The notes under the pieces were generated by a model that was not told where the DNA came from, did not search any database, and saw only the letters and a program-made list of their open reading frames with translations. The translations under genes and the position numbers were made by a program. From contig CALVOV010000005.1 of the NCBI GenBank assembly GCA_944350385.1, forward strand, positions 1,970 to 65,969: 64,000 bases of DNA, in the 5' to 3' direction. The stretch comes from an uncultured Bacilli bacterium. Lineage in GTDB: Bacteria; Bacillota_I; Bacilli_A; RF39; UBA660. Positions 39,848 through 50,975 of this stretch are shown in pieces; position 1 is the first letter of the stretch, and each line of letters opens with the position of its first letter.

Positions 39848-40474
39848 ATGAAAAAAGTAGAACTTTTAAATCTTAAAGGTGAAAAAGTAAAGGACATTAA
39901 TTTAAATGAAGAAATATTTGGAATTACCCCAAACAATAATGTTTTAAATGATGCTATCATTTTATCAATGGCTTCATTAAGACAAGGAACACATAAAACA
40001 AAAAATCGTTCAGAAGTTTCTGGTGGTGGAAGAAAACCATGGAGACAAAAAGGAACAGGACGTGCACGTCAAGGTTCAATTAGAGCTGTACAATGGGTAG
40101 GTGGAGGAAGATATGGAACTCCAATACCAAGAGATTATAGCATTAAACAAAATCGTAAAGAGAGAAGAATTGCATTAAAATCTGCATTAAGCGAAAAACT
40201 TTCAGAAAATGCACTTATTGTTATCGAAAACTTAGCTTTAGAATCTTCTAAAACTAAAGATATGATAGCTCTTCTTGAAACTTTAAAAGTAGCTGATAAG
40301 AAAGTATTGTTAGTAGTTGATGAATTTGATGACAATACTATCTTAGCTTCAAGAAATATTAAAAACTTAGTTTTAATTTCTGCTGAAGAAATCAATGTTT
40401 TAGATTTAGTTAGCACAGATGTAGTAGTTGCTACAGAAAAAGCAATTAAGAATATTGAGGAGGTGCTTAAATAA
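39848..40474 (+). CDS. rplD: 50S ribosomal protein L4
   Basis: GGGRKPWRQKGTGRARQGS motif. Confidence 0.97.
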   Translation: MKKVELLNLKGEKVKDINLNEEIFGITPNNNVLNDAIILSMASLRQGTHKTKNRSEVSGGGRKPWRQKGTGRARQGSIRAVQWVGGGRYGTPIPRDYSIKQNRKERRIALKSALSEKLSENALIVIENLALESSKTKDMIALLETLKVADKKVLLVVDEFDDNTILASRNIKNLVLISAEEINVLDLVSTDVVVATEKAIKNIEEVLK

Positions 40475-40758
40475 TGAAAGATACTAAATACTTAGAAATA
40501 ATCAAAGCACCAGTTGTAACTGAGAAATCTCAAATAGCTAAAAGTGAAGGAAAATATACTTTCAAAGTTGATCCAAAAGCAAACAAAATTGAAATAAAAG
40601 AAGCTATTGAAAAATTATTTAATGTAAAAGTTAAAGAAATAAAAACAATTAATGTAAAAGTTAAGAAAAGAAGAGTTGGTCGTTATACAGGATTAACAAA
40701 TCGTTCAAAAAAAGCAATTGTTACTCTTGAAAAAGGACAAACAATTGATCTTGGTTAG
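40474..40758 (+). CDS. rplW: 50S ribosomal protein L23
   Basis: Position and sequence ([11 protein letters not shown]..., KAIVTL). Confidence 0.95.
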   Translation: MKDTKYLEIIKAPVVTEKSQIAKSEGKYTFKVDPKANKIEIKEAIEKLFNVKVKEIKTINVKVKKRRVGRYTGLTNRSKKAIVTLEKGQTIDLG

Positions 40759-40772
40759 AAGGAGGAGAAATT

Positions 40773-41603
40773 ATGGCAATTAGAAATTATAAACCTACTA
40801 CACCAGGACGTAGAAAAATGAGTACATTAATTAACAATGAAATTACTAAGAGTACTCCAGAAAAATCTCTTGTTGTTACTAAAAAGAAAAATAGTGGACG
40901 TAATAATCAAGGTAAGATAACAGTTCGTCATCAAGGCGGAGGAGTAAAAAGAAAATATCGTATCATTGATTTTAAGAGAAATAAATTAAACGTACCTGGA
41001 ACAGTAGCAAGTATTGAATACGATCCAAATAGAACTGCAAACATTGCTTTAATCAATTATGCAGATGGTGAGAAAAAATATATTATTGCTCCAAAAGGTT
41101 TAGTTGTTGGACAAACAATCGAAGCTGGAGAAAATGCTGATATTAGAATTGGTAATGCATTACCAATCATGAACATTCCTGTTGGTACAATGATTCATAA
41201 TATTGAACTTCGTCCTGGAAAAGGTGGAGAATTAGTAAGATCTGCTGGTTCATCTGCTCAAATTCTTGGTAGAGAAGGAAATTATGTAATGATTCGTTTA
41301 TCAAGTGGTGAACAAAGAAAAGTTTTAGGAACTTGTATGGCAACAGTTGGTGAAGTTGGAAATGAAGATGCTTCACTTGTTAAAATAGGAAAAGCAGGAC
41401 GCAAACGTCACATGGGTATAAGACCTACAGTTCGTGGTTCTGTTATGAACCCTAATGACCATCCACATGGTGGTGGTGAAGGACGTGCTCCAGTAGGACG
41501 TAAAGCACCAATGACACCTTGGGGTAAACCAGCATTAGGATTAAAGACACGTAAGAAAAAACAATCTGACAAGTTCATCGTACGTCGTCGTAATAGTAAA
41601 TAG
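40773..41603 (+). CDS. rplB: 50S ribosomal protein L2
   Basis: [15 protein letters not shown] and [13 protein letters not shown] motifs. Confidence 0.98.
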   Translation: MAIRNYKPTTPGRRKMSTLINNEITKSTPEKSLVVTKKKNSGRNNQGKITVRHQGGGVKRKYRIIDFKRNKLNVPGTVASIEYDPNRTANIALINYADGEKKYIIAPKGLVVGQTIEAGENADIRIGNALPIMNIPVGTMIHNIELRPGKGGELVRSAGSSAQILGREGNYVMIRLSSGEQRKVLGTCMATVGEVGNEDASLVKIGKAGRKRHMGIRPTVRGSVMNPNDHPHGGGEGRAPVGRKAPMTPWGKPALGLKTRKKKQSDKFIVRRRNSK

Positions 41604-41621
41604 GAAAGGATGATTTAAAAA

Positions 41622-41894
41622 ATGGCAAGAAGTTTAAAAAAAGGGCCTTACGTTTTCGATAGATTACTAAAGAAGGTTCAAGAATTAAATAAAACAGGTA
41701 AAAAAGAAGTCATTAAAACATGGTCACGCCGTTCCACTATTTTTCCAGACTTTATAGGACACACTTTCGCTGTTCATAATGGAAAAGAATTTATTCCAGT
41801 TTATGTTACTGAAGATATGGTAGGACATAAATTAGGTGAATTTGCATTAACACGTAAATTTGGTGGACATGGTTCAGACAAAAATGAAAAATAA
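41622..41894 (+). CDS. rpsS: 30S ribosomal protein S19
   Basis: [11 protein letters not shown] and [23 protein letters not shown]. Confidence 0.98.
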   Translation: MARSLKKGPYVFDRLLKKVQELNKTGKKEVIKTWSRRSTIFPDFIGHTFAVHNGKEFIPVYVTEDMVGHKLGEFALTRKFGGHGSDKNEK

Positions 41895-41912
41895 TGACTA
41901 GGAGGGTATTAA

Positions 41913-42248
41913 ATGGAAGCAAAAGCAATTGCTAAAGGTCTTCGCGTATCACCTATTAGAACTCGTATAACAATCGATCTAATTCGTGGAAAAAATGTAA
42001 CAGAAGCATTAACAATTTTAAACAATGTTAATAATAAATCCGCAAGACTAATTAAAAAAGTATTAGATTCTGCTATTGCTAACGCTGTTAATAATAACGG
42101 TGCAGATGCTGCAACCTTATATGTTAAAGAAGCAAGAGTAGATGCTGGTCCAGTTATGAAACGTCATTTCTTTGATTCACGTTCTCATATCGGACATAGA
42201 GATCATAGAACTAGTCACATTAATATAGTAGTGGCTACAAGAAACTAA
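41913..42248 (+). CDS. rplV: 50S ribosomal protein L22
   Basis: Position in the cluster; LRVSPIRTR and SHINIVV motifs. Confidence 0.95.
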   Translation: MEAKAIAKGLRVSPIRTRITIDLIRGKNVTEALTILNNVNNKSARLIKKVLDSAIANAVNNNGADAATLYVKEARVDAGPVMKRHFFDSRSHIGHRDHRTSHINIVVATRN

Positions 42249-42264
42249 TAAGGAGGTTACACAA

Positions 42265-42918
42265 ATGGGACAAAAGGTAAATCCTAATGGACTTAGAATT
42301 GGAATCAATAAAGATTGGCAAGCAAAATGGTATGCTAATAAAAAAGATTTTTCTAAAACATTAGAAAAAGATGTAAAAATTCGTGAATACATCGAAAAAA
42401 AATTAAAAAATGCTAGTGTTGCTAAAGTTGAAATTGAAAGAAATTCTAAGAATAGATGTGAAGTTGTTATTCACACTGCAAAACCAGGTATAATCATTGG
42501 ACATGGTGGAGAAGGAATTGAAGAATTAAAGAAGCAAATTTCTAAAGTTGCAGGTGAAGAAATTCAAATTACAATTAAAGATATAAAGAAAGCCGATTTA
42601 GATGCTCAATTAGTTGCTGATACAATTGCAAATCAAATTACTAATAGAGCTTCATTCCGTATGGCTCAAAAGCGTGCAATTAGAAGTGCAATGAAAGCAG
42701 GAGCAAAAGGAATTAAAACATCAGTATCTGGACGTTTAGGTGGAGCAGATATGGCTCGTAGTGAAGGATATACTGAAGGAACAATTCCTCTACATACTTT
42801 AAGAGCTGATGTTGATTATGGCTTTGCAGAAGCAGACACAACATTCGGAAAAATCGGAGTAAAAGTATGGATCTATAAAGGAGAAATACTAAATAAAAAG
42901 GCTAAAGGAGGTAATTAA
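42265..42918 (+). CDS. rpsC: 30S ribosomal protein S3
   Basis: [14 protein letters not shown]-terminus and KH-domain segment. Confidence 0.98.
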   Translation: MGQKVNPNGLRIGINKDWQAKWYANKKDFSKTLEKDVKIREYIEKKLKNASVAKVEIERNSKNRCEVVIHTAKPGIIIGHGGEGIEELKKQISKVAGEEIQITIKDIKKADLDAQLVADTIANQITNRASFRMAQKRAIRSAMKAGAKGIKTSVSGRLGGADMARSEGYTEGTIPLHTLRADVDYGFAEADTTFGKIGVKVWIYKGEILNKKAKGGN

Positions 42919-42919
42919 T

Positions 42920-43351
42920 ATGTTAATACCGTCAAGAACAAAATATCGTCGTGTTCATAGATTACCTTACGAAGGCAGATCACGTGGAAATAGAGAATTA
43001 ACTAAAGGTGAATATGGACTAATGGCAAAAGAAGGAGCTTGGATTACAGCTAATCAAATCGAAGCTGCTCGTGTTGCTATGACTCGTTATATGAAACGTG
43101 GTGGAAAAGTATGGATCAATATTTTTCCACATATGCCATTAACTAGAAAACCTATTGGTACAAGACAAGGTAAAGGTAAAGGTAATGTAGAAGGTTGGGT
43201 AGCAGTAGTTAAAGAAGGAAAAATAATGTTTGAAATAGCTGGAGTTGATGAAGCTACAGCACGCGAAGCATTAAGATTAGCTTCTCACAAACTACCTATT
43301 ACAACTAAATTTGTAAAAAAAGAAAATGGTGGTGAAATAAATGAAGGTTAA
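42920..43351 (+). CDS. rplP: 50S ribosomal protein L16
   Basis: [15 protein letters not shown]-terminus. Confidence 0.97.
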   Translation: MLIPSRTKYRRVHRLPYEGRSRGNRELTKGEYGLMAKEGAWITANQIEAARVAMTRYMKRGGKVWINIFPHMPLTRKPIGTRQGKGKGNVEGWVAVVKEGKIMFEIAGVDEATAREALRLASHKLPITTKFVKKENGGEINEG

Positions 43352-43535
43352 AGAAATAAGAGAATTATCAACTGAAGAAATCAACCAAAAATTATTTGAA
43401 GCAAAACAAGAATTATTTAACTTACGTTTCCAACAAGCAACAGGTAATTTGGAAAAACCTTCTAGAATTAGAGATTTAAGACACACCGTTGCAAGATATA
43501 AAACCGTTCTTAAAGAACGTGAGATTAGCGAATAG
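43341..43535 (+). CDS. rpmC: 50S ribosomal protein L29
   Basis: [21 protein letters not shown]. It overlaps the rplP stop, as is usual. Confidence 0.95.
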   Translation: MKVKEIRELSTEEINQKLFEAKQELFNLRFQQATGNLEKPSRIRDLRHTVARYKTVLKEREISE

Positions 43536-43546
43536 GAGGGTATACA

Positions 43547-43807
43547 GTGGAAAAGAAAATCAGAAGAGAGTTAGTTGGTAAAGTAGTTAATGCCACTAAT
43601 GATAAAACAATAAATGTTTTAGTAGAAACTTATAAAATCCATCCTAAATATCACAAAAGGGTAAAAAGCTCTAAAAAATATTGTGTACATGATGAACAAA
43701 ACATTGCAAAAGTTGGAGATGTTGTTCGTATAGTTGAAACTAGACCATTATCAAAGACTAAACACTTCTATTTAAAAGAAGTAGTAAAAGAAGCAGTTAT
43801 TATTTAA
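43547..43807 (+). CDS. rpsQ: 30S ribosomal protein S17
   Basis: [17 protein letters not shown]...HPKYHKR...VHDE. GTG start with GGAGGG upstream. Confidence 0.95.
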   Translation: MEKKIRRELVGKVVNATNDKTINVLVETYKIHPKYHKRVKSSKKYCVHDEQNIAKVGDVVRIVETRPLSKTKHFYLKEVVKEAVII

Positions 43808-43834
43808 CGCTTAGATGAGAAGGAGGAATAATTT

Positions 43835-44203
43835 ATGTTACAACAAGAAAGTCGTTTAAAAGTTGCAGACAATTCTGGAGCACGTGAATTATTAGTTATT
43901 CGTGTACTAGGAGGAAGCAAAGTTAAGACAGGTAACATTGGTGACGTAGTAGTTGGAACAGTTAAAAGCGCAATTCCTAATTCACCAGTAGCTAAAGGCA
44001 AAGTTGTAAAAGCAGTTATCGTTCGTAGTCGTCAAGGCGTTCGTCGTGAAGATGGATCATACATTAAGTTCGATGACAATGCTTGTGTTATCATACGTGA
44101 TGACAAGAGTCCGGTAGGAACTCGTATCTTTGGACCAGTAGCAAGAGAACTTCGTGATAAAGATTACATGAAAATTGTTTCTTTAGCAAAAGAAGTACTA
44201 TAA
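43835..44203 (+). CDS. rplN: 50S ribosomal protein L14
   Basis: [17 protein letters not shown]-terminus. Confidence 0.98.
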   Translation: MLQQESRLKVADNSGARELLVIRVLGGSKVKTGNIGDVVVGTVKSAIPNSPVAKGKVVKAVIVRSRQGVRREDGSYIKFDDNACVIIRDDKSPVGTRIFGPVARELRDKDYMKIVSLAKEVL

Positions 44204-44216
44204 GAGGAGGATAAAT

Positions 44217-44525
44217 ATGAACTTTAAAGTTGGAGATGAAGTTGTAGTTATCACTGGTTCTGATAAAGGTAAAAAAGGAAAAATCATTAAAACATTAAAG
44301 GATGAAAATAAAGTAGTAGTTGAAGGTGTACATATAGTAAAGAAACATGAAAAATCAACAACTATGTCAACTGGTGGAATTGTTGAAGTTGAAGCACCAA
44401 TTAATGCATCAAATGTTATGATAATTGATCCTAAAACTAAAAAAAGAACTAGAATAGGACATACAACAGACAAAAATAATAAAAAAATAAGAATAGCAAA
44501 AAAATCAAACGAGAAGCTTGATTAA
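44217..44525 (+). CDS. rplX: 50S ribosomal protein L24
   Basis: [20 protein letters not shown] (KOW motif). Confidence 0.95.
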   Translation: MNFKVGDEVVVITGSDKGKKGKIIKTLKDENKVVVEGVHIVKKHEKSTTMSTGGIVEVEAPINASNVMIIDPKTKKRTRIGHTTDKNNKKIRIAKKSNEKLD

Positions 44526-44542
44526 TTGGAAGGAGGGTAAAT

Positions 44543-45082
44543 ATGAACCGCCTAAAAGAGAAATACTTAAATGAAGTTGTTCCAAGTTTACAAACAAAAT
44601 ACAATTATAAATCTATTATGGAAGTTCCAAAATTGGAAAAAATCGTAATTAATATTGGAGTTGGTGATGCAACATCAAATTCAAAGTTAATAGATGCTGC
44701 AGTAGCTGATTTAACAAAAATTGCTGGACAAAAGCCAGTAGTTACAAGAGCTAAGAAATCTATCGCAGGATTTAAAGTAAGAGAAGGACAAGCAATAGGT
44801 TGCAAAGTTACTTTAAGAGGAGAGAATATGTATAACTTTATGGATAAGTTAATATCTATTTCACTACCTCGAGTAAGAGATTTCCGTGGAGTTAGTCCAA
44901 AAGCTTTTGATGGTAGAGGAAACTATACTATGGGAATTAAAGAACAATTAATCTTCTCAGAAATTGATTATGATGATGTTGTAAAAGTACGTGGAATGGA
45001 TATCGTATTTGTAACAACAGCTAAAACAAATGAGGAATCATTCGATTTATTAAATGGACTTGGAATTCCTTTTAGAAAGTAA
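44543..45082 (+). CDS. rplE: 50S ribosomal protein L5
   Basis: MNRLKEKY N-terminus and PRVRDFRG motif. Confidence 0.97.
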   Translation: MNRLKEKYLNEVVPSLQTKYNYKSIMEVPKLEKIVINIGVGDATSNSKLIDAAVADLTKIAGQKPVVTRAKKSIAGFKVREGQAIGCKVTLRGENMYNFMDKLISISLPRVRDFRGVSPKAFDGRGNYTMGIKEQLIFSEIDYDDVVKVRGMDIVFVTTAKTNEESFDLLNGLGIPFRK

Positions 45083-45095
45083 ATGGAGGAAAATT

Positions 45096-45281
45096 ATGGC
45101 AAAGAAAAGTATGATAGTAAAGGCTAATAGACCACAAAAATTTAAAGTACGTGAATATACTAGATGTTCTCGTTGTGGTCGTCCACACGCAATTATGAGT
45201 AAATTCGGAATCTGCCGTATTTGCTTCCGTGAATTAGCTTATAAAGGACAAATACCAGGAATTAAAAAATCAAGTTGGTAA
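45096..45281 (+). CDS. rpsZ: 30S ribosomal protein S14, zinc-binding type Z (61 aa)
   Basis: [61 protein letters not shown] with CxxC...CxxC. GGAGGA precedes ATG 45096; the track start 45054 is an upstream extension. Confidence 0.95.
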   Translation: MAKKSMIVKANRPQKFKVREYTRCSRCGRPHAIMSKFGICRICFRELAYKGQIPGIKKSSW

Positions 45282-45301
45282 TTGGAAAGGAGGAGTTTAT
45301 T

Positions 45302-45703
45302 ATGGCAGTAGTAACAGATACAATTGCAGATATGTTAACTAGAATTCGTAATGCTAATCAAATGCGTTATGAAGAAGTTAAAGTTCCTGCTTCAAATATT
45401 AAAAAAGAAATCGCAAGAATTCTAAAAGAAGAAGGATTTATTAAAGATTATAGTGTTAGTAATGAAGATTCAAAAGAAACAATTACATTGACACTAAAAT
45501 ATACAAACAAAAAAGAAAGAGTTATCACTGGATTACAAAGAATTTCCAAACCAGGACTTCGAGTATATGCTAAAAGTGATGAAATTCCACAAGTATTAAA
45601 TGGATTAGGAATAGCAATTATTTCTACTTCAAAAGGAATTATGACTGATAAAGAAGCTCGTAAACAAAATATAGGTGGAGAAGTTCTAGCTTATATTTGG
45701 TAA
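45302..45703 (+). CDS. rpsH: 30S ribosomal protein S8
   Basis: [15 protein letters not shown]-terminus. AGGAGG precedes ATG 45302. Confidence 0.96.
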   Translation: MAVVTDTIADMLTRIRNANQMRYEEVKVPASNIKKEIARILKEEGFIKDYSVSNEDSKETITLTLKYTNKKERVITGLQRISKPGLRVYAKSDEIPQVLNGLGIAIISTSKGIMTDKEARKQNIGGEVLAYIW

Positions 45704-45732
45704 TTAATAAATAAATATAAGGAGGTGTCATT

Positions 45733-46263
45733 ATGAGCCGTATTGGAAATCGTATCATTACAATTCCAGAAGGTGTTACTGTAGAAAACAATAATAATGT
45801 TATTACAGTAAAAGGACCTAAAGGTACATTAGAACAACCAATGTTAGATAATATTACAATGAAAATTGAAGGTAATGAACTTAGCTTAGAACGTGAAAAT
45901 GAAAACGCAAAAGCTAAACATGGAACTATGAATGCTTTAATCAATAACATGATCAAAGGTGTTACTAAAGGTTATGAAAGAGGATTAGAGATAGTTGGTG
46001 TAGGTTATCGTTTCGCAGTTTCAGGTAATAAAATAACAATTAGTGCTGGTTACTCACATCCAGTAGTTATCGAAGTACCAGAAGGTTTAATAGTAGAATC
46101 AGTAAGTAATACTGAAATAACAATAAAAGGAATCGATAAAGTTTTAGTAGGTGAATTTGCTGCTAAAGTTAGAAAAGTAAGACAACCTGAACCATACAAA
46201 GGTAAAGGTATTCGTTACAAAGATGAACATATTCGTCGTAAAGAAGGAAAGAAAGCTGCTTAA
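45733..46263 (+). CDS. rplF: 50S ribosomal protein L6
   Basis: MSRIGNRIITIPEGV N-terminus. Confidence 0.97.
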   Translation: MSRIGNRIITIPEGVTVENNNNVITVKGPKGTLEQPMLDNITMKIEGNELSLERENENAKAKHGTMNALINNMIKGVTKGYERGLEIVGVGYRFAVSGNKITISAGYSHPVVIEVPEGLIVESVSNTEITIKGIDKVLVGEFAAKVRKVRQPEPYKGKGIRYKDEHIRRKEGKKAA

Positions 46264-46284
46264 TAAGTAGGAAGGAGAAATAAA

Positions 46285-46647
46285 ATGATAAAGAAAGAAT
46301 CTCGCAATAGTATGCGTGTAGTACGTCATGAAAGAATTCGTTCAACTATGACTGGAACAAGTACTACTCCAAGATTATGTGTATTTAGATCTAATAAAGA
46401 AATATATGCACAAATTATTGATGATGAAACTAGAACTACTCTTGTATCTGCTTCCTCATTAGACAAAGAATTAAAACTTGAAAATGGAAGTAATGTAGAA
46501 GCAGCAAAAGCTGTAGGAAAGTCAATTGCTGAAAAAGCAAAAAATGCTAAAATTACAAAAGTAGTATTTGATAGAGGTGGATACCTTTATCATGGACGTG
46601 TAGAAGCTTTAGCAAATGCTGCACGTGAAAATGGATTAGAATTCTAA
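46285..46647 (+). CDS. rplR: 50S ribosomal protein L18
   Basis: [18 protein letters not shown] and [12 protein letters not shown] motifs. Confidence 0.96.
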   Translation: MIKKESRNSMRVVRHERIRSTMTGTSTTPRLCVFRSNKEIYAQIIDDETRTTLVSASSLDKELKLENGSNVEAAKAVGKSIAEKAKNAKITKVVFDRGGYLYHGRVEALANAARENGLEF

Positions 46648-46659
46648 TAGGAGGGTATT

Positions 46660-47172
46660 ATGGCAGAAAGAAAAAACAGAGAAAACAATGATAAACTATT
46701 AGAAGAATTAGTAATTGATGTTAAAAGTGTTGTTAAAGTTAACAAAGGTGGACGTCAAAGAAGATATTCTGCTATAGTTGTTGTTGGTGACCGTAAAGGT
46801 AAAGTTGGATTAGGTATTGGAAAAGCTAATGAAGTACCTGATGCAATCAAAAAAGCAATTCAAGATGCTAATAAAAATATGATCACTATACCTCTAATTG
46901 ATGGAAGAACAGTTGCACACGAAGCAATAGGTACTGCAGGAGCTGCAAGAGTTATTATTAAACCTGCTGTTGCTGGTACTGGTATTATAGCTGGTGGATC
47001 TGTTCGTGCAGTATTAGAATTAGCTGGTGTTCGTGATGTTGTCTCTAAATCACTAGGAGCAAGAACAAAATTAAATATGGCTACAGCTGCAATGAATGCA
47101 TTAAAGTCTATTAAGACTGCTGAGCAAGTTGCAGAACTTCGTGGTAAAACAGTAGAGGAGATATTAGGATAA
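46660..47172 (+). CDS. rpsE: 30S ribosomal protein S5
   Basis: [21 protein letters not shown] and GTGIIAGG motifs. Confidence 0.97.
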   Translation: MAERKNRENNDKLLEELVIDVKSVVKVNKGGRQRRYSAIVVVGDRKGKVGLGIGKANEVPDAIKKAIQDANKNMITIPLIDGRTVAHEAIGTAGAARVIIKPAVAGTGIIAGGSVRAVLELAGVRDVVSKSLGARTKLNMATAAMNALKSIKTAEQVAELRGKTVEEILG

Positions 47173-47615
47173 TGAAATTACATGAATTACAAAGAAATAT
47201 CGGTGCTACTCATAGCAAAAAACGTGTAGGACGTGGATCAGGTAGTGGTCTTGGTAAAACAAGTGGTCGCGGACAAAAAGGACAAAAAGCACGTAGCGGC
47301 GGTAGTATAAACACAGTATTTGAAGGTGGACAAACACCATTATATAGAAGAATCTCAAAAAGAGGATTCTCAAATCATATGTTTAAAACAACATATGCTG
47401 TTATCAATTTAGATGCATTAAATGTATTTGAAGATAACACAGTAGTAACTCCTGCATTATTAAAAGATGCTGGAATTATTAAAAATCAATTAGATGGAAT
47501 TAAGGTTTTAGGAAATGGAAAACTTGAAAAGAAACTAACTATTCAAGCAAATAAATTTTCAAAAAGCGCTTTAGAAAAGATTAAAGAGGCAGGAAGTAAA
47601 GCTGAGGTGATCTAA
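47172..47615 (+). CDS. rplO: 50S ribosomal protein L15
   Basis: [27 protein letters not shown]. The ATG overlaps the S5 stop, leaving no room for rpmD. Confidence 0.96.
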   Translation: MKLHELQRNIGATHSKKRVGRGSGSGLGKTSGRGQKGQKARSGGSINTVFEGGQTPLYRRISKRGFSNHMFKTTYAVINLDALNVFEDNTVVTPALLKDAGIIKNQLDGIKVLGNGKLEKKLTIQANKFSKSALEKIKEAGSKAEVI

Positions 47616-47616
47616 T

Positions 47617-48891
47617 ATGTTTAAAAGCATGAAGCAATTATTTACTTCAAGTAATAAAGATCTAAGACATAGAATATACTTTACACTTGGAGCATTAATG
47701 ATCTTCATATTAGGTATCTCTATAAGAGTTCCAGGAACAGAAGATGTAACTAGTAACCTTGGATTCTTAGAGCTTCTTAACACCATGGGTGGTGGAGCAT
47801 TAAAGAACTTCTCAATATTTGCTTTAGGAATTATGCCTTATATCACAGCATCAATCATTATGCAATTATTGCAAATGGATGTAATTCCATATTTTTCAGA
47901 ATTGAGAAAGCAAGGCGCTACAGGTAGAAGAAAAGTAAATCAATATACTAGATATGTAGGTATAGCTTTTGCATTTATCGAAGGTTATGCTTTTGCATTT
48001 TCATTTCTAGGATCAAGTTCAGATCCAATTAAATATCTATATATAGCAACAGTACTTACAGCTGGTACTTCATTCTTACTTTGGTTAGGTGATCAGATTA
48101 CTCAAAAAGGTATAGGAAATGGTACAAGTTTAATAATTATGGCTGGTATAGTTGCCACTTTACCACAAATGTTTATTGATGCATTTAATGGATTAATCAC
48201 ATTTGATGGTACAACTCAAGCAATAACTTTAGGTATTATTAAATTTATATTATTTGTAGTAATTTACTTTGCAATCGTTATAGGTATGATTTTTGTTCAA
48301 GAAAGTGAAAGAAGAATACCAATACAATATGTTAATAAATCTTCAAGTACATATGGTAATGGTGCTCAAAGCTTTATGCCAATTAAATTAAATACTGCTG
48401 GAGTTGTTCCAGTAATATTCGCATCAAGCTTGATTTCAATACCAGCAATCATCGCACAAATAATGAAAAGTGAATCAATTTCACTATTAGTGCAAAAGTA
48501 TTTTACATATACAACACCAGTTGGTTTTGCCTTATATGTATTCTTTATATTTATTTTTGCATTTTTCTATACTTTTATTCAATTAAAACCAGATGAATTT
48601 GCAAAAAATTTACAGGAAAATGGAGGATATATTCCAGGTATAAGACCAGGTGATGACACTCAAGATTATGTCTCTAAAGTATTATGCAGATTAACAGTAT
48701 TAGGAGCGGTATTCTTAGTTGTAATAGCAGGTTTACCTATATTATTCTCTGAGCTTACAAGTTTGCCTACTTCGGTTTCTATTGGAGGAACAGGAATACT
48801 AATTGCTGTTGGAGTAGCTCTAGAAACATACAAACAATTAGAAAGCAGTATATTAACTAGAAGTTATAAAAGAGGATATAGTAGAAGGTAG
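47617..48891 (+). CDS. secY: preprotein translocase subunit SecY
   Basis: 10-TM protein with GIMPYITASIIMQLL and GIGNGTSLIIMAGI motifs. Confidence 0.97.
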   Translation: MFKSMKQLFTSSNKDLRHRIYFTLGALMIFILGISIRVPGTEDVTSNLGFLELLNTMGGGALKNFSIFALGIMPYITASIIMQLLQMDVIPYFSELRKQGATGRRKVNQYTRYVGIAFAFIEGYAFAFSFLGSSSDPIKYLYIATVLTAGTSFLLWLGDQITQKGIGNGTSLIIMAGIVATLPQMFIDAFNGLITFDGTTQAITLGIIKFILFVVIYFAIVIGMIFVQESERRIPIQYVNKSSSTYGNGAQSFMPIKLNTAGVVPVIFASSLISIPAIIAQIMKSESISLLVQKYFTYTTPVGFALYVFFIFIFAFFYTFIQLKPDEFAKNLQENGGYIPGIRPGDDTQDYVSKVLCRLTVLGAVFLVVIAGLPILFSELTSLPTSVSIGGTGILIAVGVALETYKQLESSILTRSYKRGYSRR

Positions 48892-48894
48892 TTT

Positions 48895-49548
48895 ATGAAA
48901 AATATAATGTTTATTGCTCCACCTGCTGCAGGAAAAGGCACACAAGCTGAATTAGTTGTTCAAAAATATGGTTTACCTCACATATCAACTGGAGATATTT
49001 TAAGAGAAATATCAAAAGAAGATAGTGAGCTAGGAAATTACGTATTTGAAACCTTAGCAAGTGGAAAATTAGTAAAAGATGAAATTACATATCAATTAAT
49101 AGAAAATCGTCTTGCAAAAGATGATTGCAAGAATGGTTATATAATAGATGGTTTTCCAAGAAATATTGAACAGGCTATCGAATATGACAAAATAATTAAG
49201 AAATTAGGTTATGATATAGGTAATGTAATCTTAATCAACATCGATGAAAAGACATTAGAAAAAAGAATTACTGGAAGAAGAATTTGTGAAAATTGTAAAG
49301 CAATATATAATATAAACGATGAAGCAAGTTCTCCAAAAGTTGAATCTATATGTGATAATTGTGGTGGTAAACTTTACCAAAGAAATGATGATAATTTAGA
49401 GTCATTTAAAACACGTTATCAAATGTATAAAGAAAAAACTGAACCAATAATTGAATATTACAGAGATAAAAAAGTTTTAAAAGAAGTAAACGGTGAAGAC
49501 ACTGTTGAAAATGTATTTAAAAAAATAGATAAAATTATTAGTGAATAG
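48895..49548 (+). CDS. adk: adenylate kinase (zinc-lid type)
   Basis: P-loop APPAAGKGTQA, GFPRN, and lid CENC...CDNCGG. Confidence 0.95.
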   Translation: MKNIMFIAPPAAGKGTQAELVVQKYGLPHISTGDILREISKEDSELGNYVFETLASGKLVKDEITYQLIENRLAKDDCKNGYIIDGFPRNIEQAIEYDKIIKKLGYDIGNVILINIDEKTLEKRITGRRICENCKAIYNINDEASSPKVESICDNCGGKLYQRNDDNLESFKTRYQMYKEKTEPIIEYYRDKKVLKEVNGEDTVENVFKKIDKIISE

Positions 49549-49775
49549 TAAGGGGAAGCAAAAATTAAGCAAACGTGAATTGAACTTCTTCATTAGCTAA
49601 TAATAGTCTATTTATAAGTATCTTGAACCATAAAAAAAGAAGGTCATCAAGAATAACAACACGATCCTTCTTTTCAGGGATACAAATGTTTCCCTACAGC
49701 TTTAATCAGTGAAAAAATCACTGTAGGAGAAGAATATATTTTACACTTATTTAAAGTGTTTAAGGAGAGAAATAA

Positions 49776-49991
49776 ATGGCTAAAGAGGATACAATTGAAA
49801 TTGAAGGAAAAGTTCTTGAAATTATTCCAGGAGGAAAATTTAAAGTACAACTAGAAAATGGACACATTGTGGAAGCTCACGTTTCTGGTAAAATACGAAT
49901 GAACTATATTCGTATCTTAGCAGGAGATACCGTAATGATAGAACTTTCGCCTTATGATTTAACACGTGGGCGTATAACCTATCGTAAATAA
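49776..49991 (+). CDS. infA: translation initiation factor IF-1
   Basis: [13 protein letters not shown]...[15 protein letters not shown]...[13 protein letters not shown]. Confidence 0.97.
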   Translation: MAKEDTIEIEGKVLEIIPGGKFKVQLENGHIVEAHVSGKIRMNYIRILAGDTVMIELSPYDLTRGRITYRK

Positions 49992-50005
49992 TAGGAGGGA
50001 AAAAA

Positions 50006-50119
50006 ATGAAAGTAAAAGCATCAGTAAAGCCAATGTGCGAAAAGTGCAAAGTTGTTAAACGTAAAGGAAAAATCAGAATAATTTGTGAAAATCCAAAGCA
50101 CAAACAAGTTCAAGGATAA
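50006..50119 (+). CDS. rpmJ: 50S ribosomal protein L36 (37 aa; not in the ORF track)
   Basis: Hand translation gives [44 protein letters not shown] lies upstream of ATG 50006, with TAA at 50117-50119. Confidence 0.93.
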   Translation: MKVKASVKPMCEKCKVVKRKGKIRIICENPKHKQVQG

Positions 50120-50141
50120 TTAATTATAGGAGGTGTACTTA

Positions 50142-50510
50142 ATGGCACGTATTAAAGGTGTAGACATTCCAAATGATAAACACATTTGTATATCATTAAC
50201 ATATATTTATGGTATTGGAAGAAGTCTAGCAAAATCAATTTTAAAAGAAGTAAACATTGACCCAACAACTAAGACTGGAGATTTATCTCAAGATGACTTA
50301 GTTAAGATTCGTGACGAAATCAATAAACATTTAACTGAAGGTGATTTACGTCGTGAAGTAAGTATGAATATTAAGACTAAAATGGAAATTAATTCATACC
50401 AAGGAAGCCGTCATAAAAAAGGATTACCTGTAAGAGGACAAAGAACTAATCGTAATGCTCGTACTCGTAAGGGTAAAGGTAAGACAGTAGCAAATAAGAA
50501 GAAAGTTTAG
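50142..50510 (+). CDS. rpsM: 30S ribosomal protein S13
   Basis: [11 protein letters not shown]-terminus. AGGAGG precedes ATG 50142. Confidence 0.97.
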   Translation: MARIKGVDIPNDKHICISLTYIYGIGRSLAKSILKEVNIDPTTKTGDLSQDDLVKIRDEINKHLTEGDLRREVSMNIKTKMEINSYQGSRHKKGLPVRGQRTNRNARTRKGKGKTVANKKKV

Positions 50511-50537
50511 TTAAATAATTAAAAGGAGGTAAGACTT

Positions 50538-50921
50538 ATGGCATATAAGACTAGAAAGAAAAAAGTTAAAAAGAATGTTCCAGAAGGAATAGCAAATATT
50601 CATTCAACATTTAATAATACAATTACAACAATTACAGACAATGAAGGTAACGTAATTAGTTGGTCTTCATCTGGAGCTATCGGTTTCAAAGGAAGTAAAA
50701 AATCTACTCCTTTCGCTGCTGGTATGGCTGCAGAAGCTGCAGGAAAAGTTGCATATGATATGGGAATGAGAAAAGTTGAAGTTCATGTTAAAGGTTTAGG
50801 ACCAGGACGTGAAACAGCTATCAGATCATTACAAACAGCTGGATTAGAAGTTACAGCAATCTCAGATGTTACACCAATCCCACATAATGGATGTCGTCCA
50901 CCTAAACGCCCTCGTGGATAG
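50538..50921 (+). CDS. rpsK: 30S ribosomal protein S11
   Basis: [18 protein letters not shown] and [14 protein letters not shown] motifs. Confidence 0.97.
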   Translation: MAYKTRKKKVKKNVPEGIANIHSTFNNTITTITDNEGNVISWSSSGAIGFKGSKKSTPFAAGMAAEAAGKVAYDMGMRKVEVHVKGLGPGRETAIRSLQTAGLEVTAISDVTPIPHNGCRPPKRPRG

Positions 50922-50975
50922 TTTAGTTTGATAAAAGGATAAACAATAGTGGAAAAATAAAGGGAGGTTAGTTCC

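Noticed and set aside
45054-45301. Upstream extensions of rpsZ (from 45054) and rpsH (from 45275), and similar ones for rpsM (50133), dinB (37275), the kinase-like gene (27462) and the first EcfA-like gene (53150).
   Set aside because: In each case a strong GGAGG-type RBS sits 6-10 nt before an internal ATG that yields the canonical conserved N-terminus. The longer versions overlap the preceding gene or its terminator.
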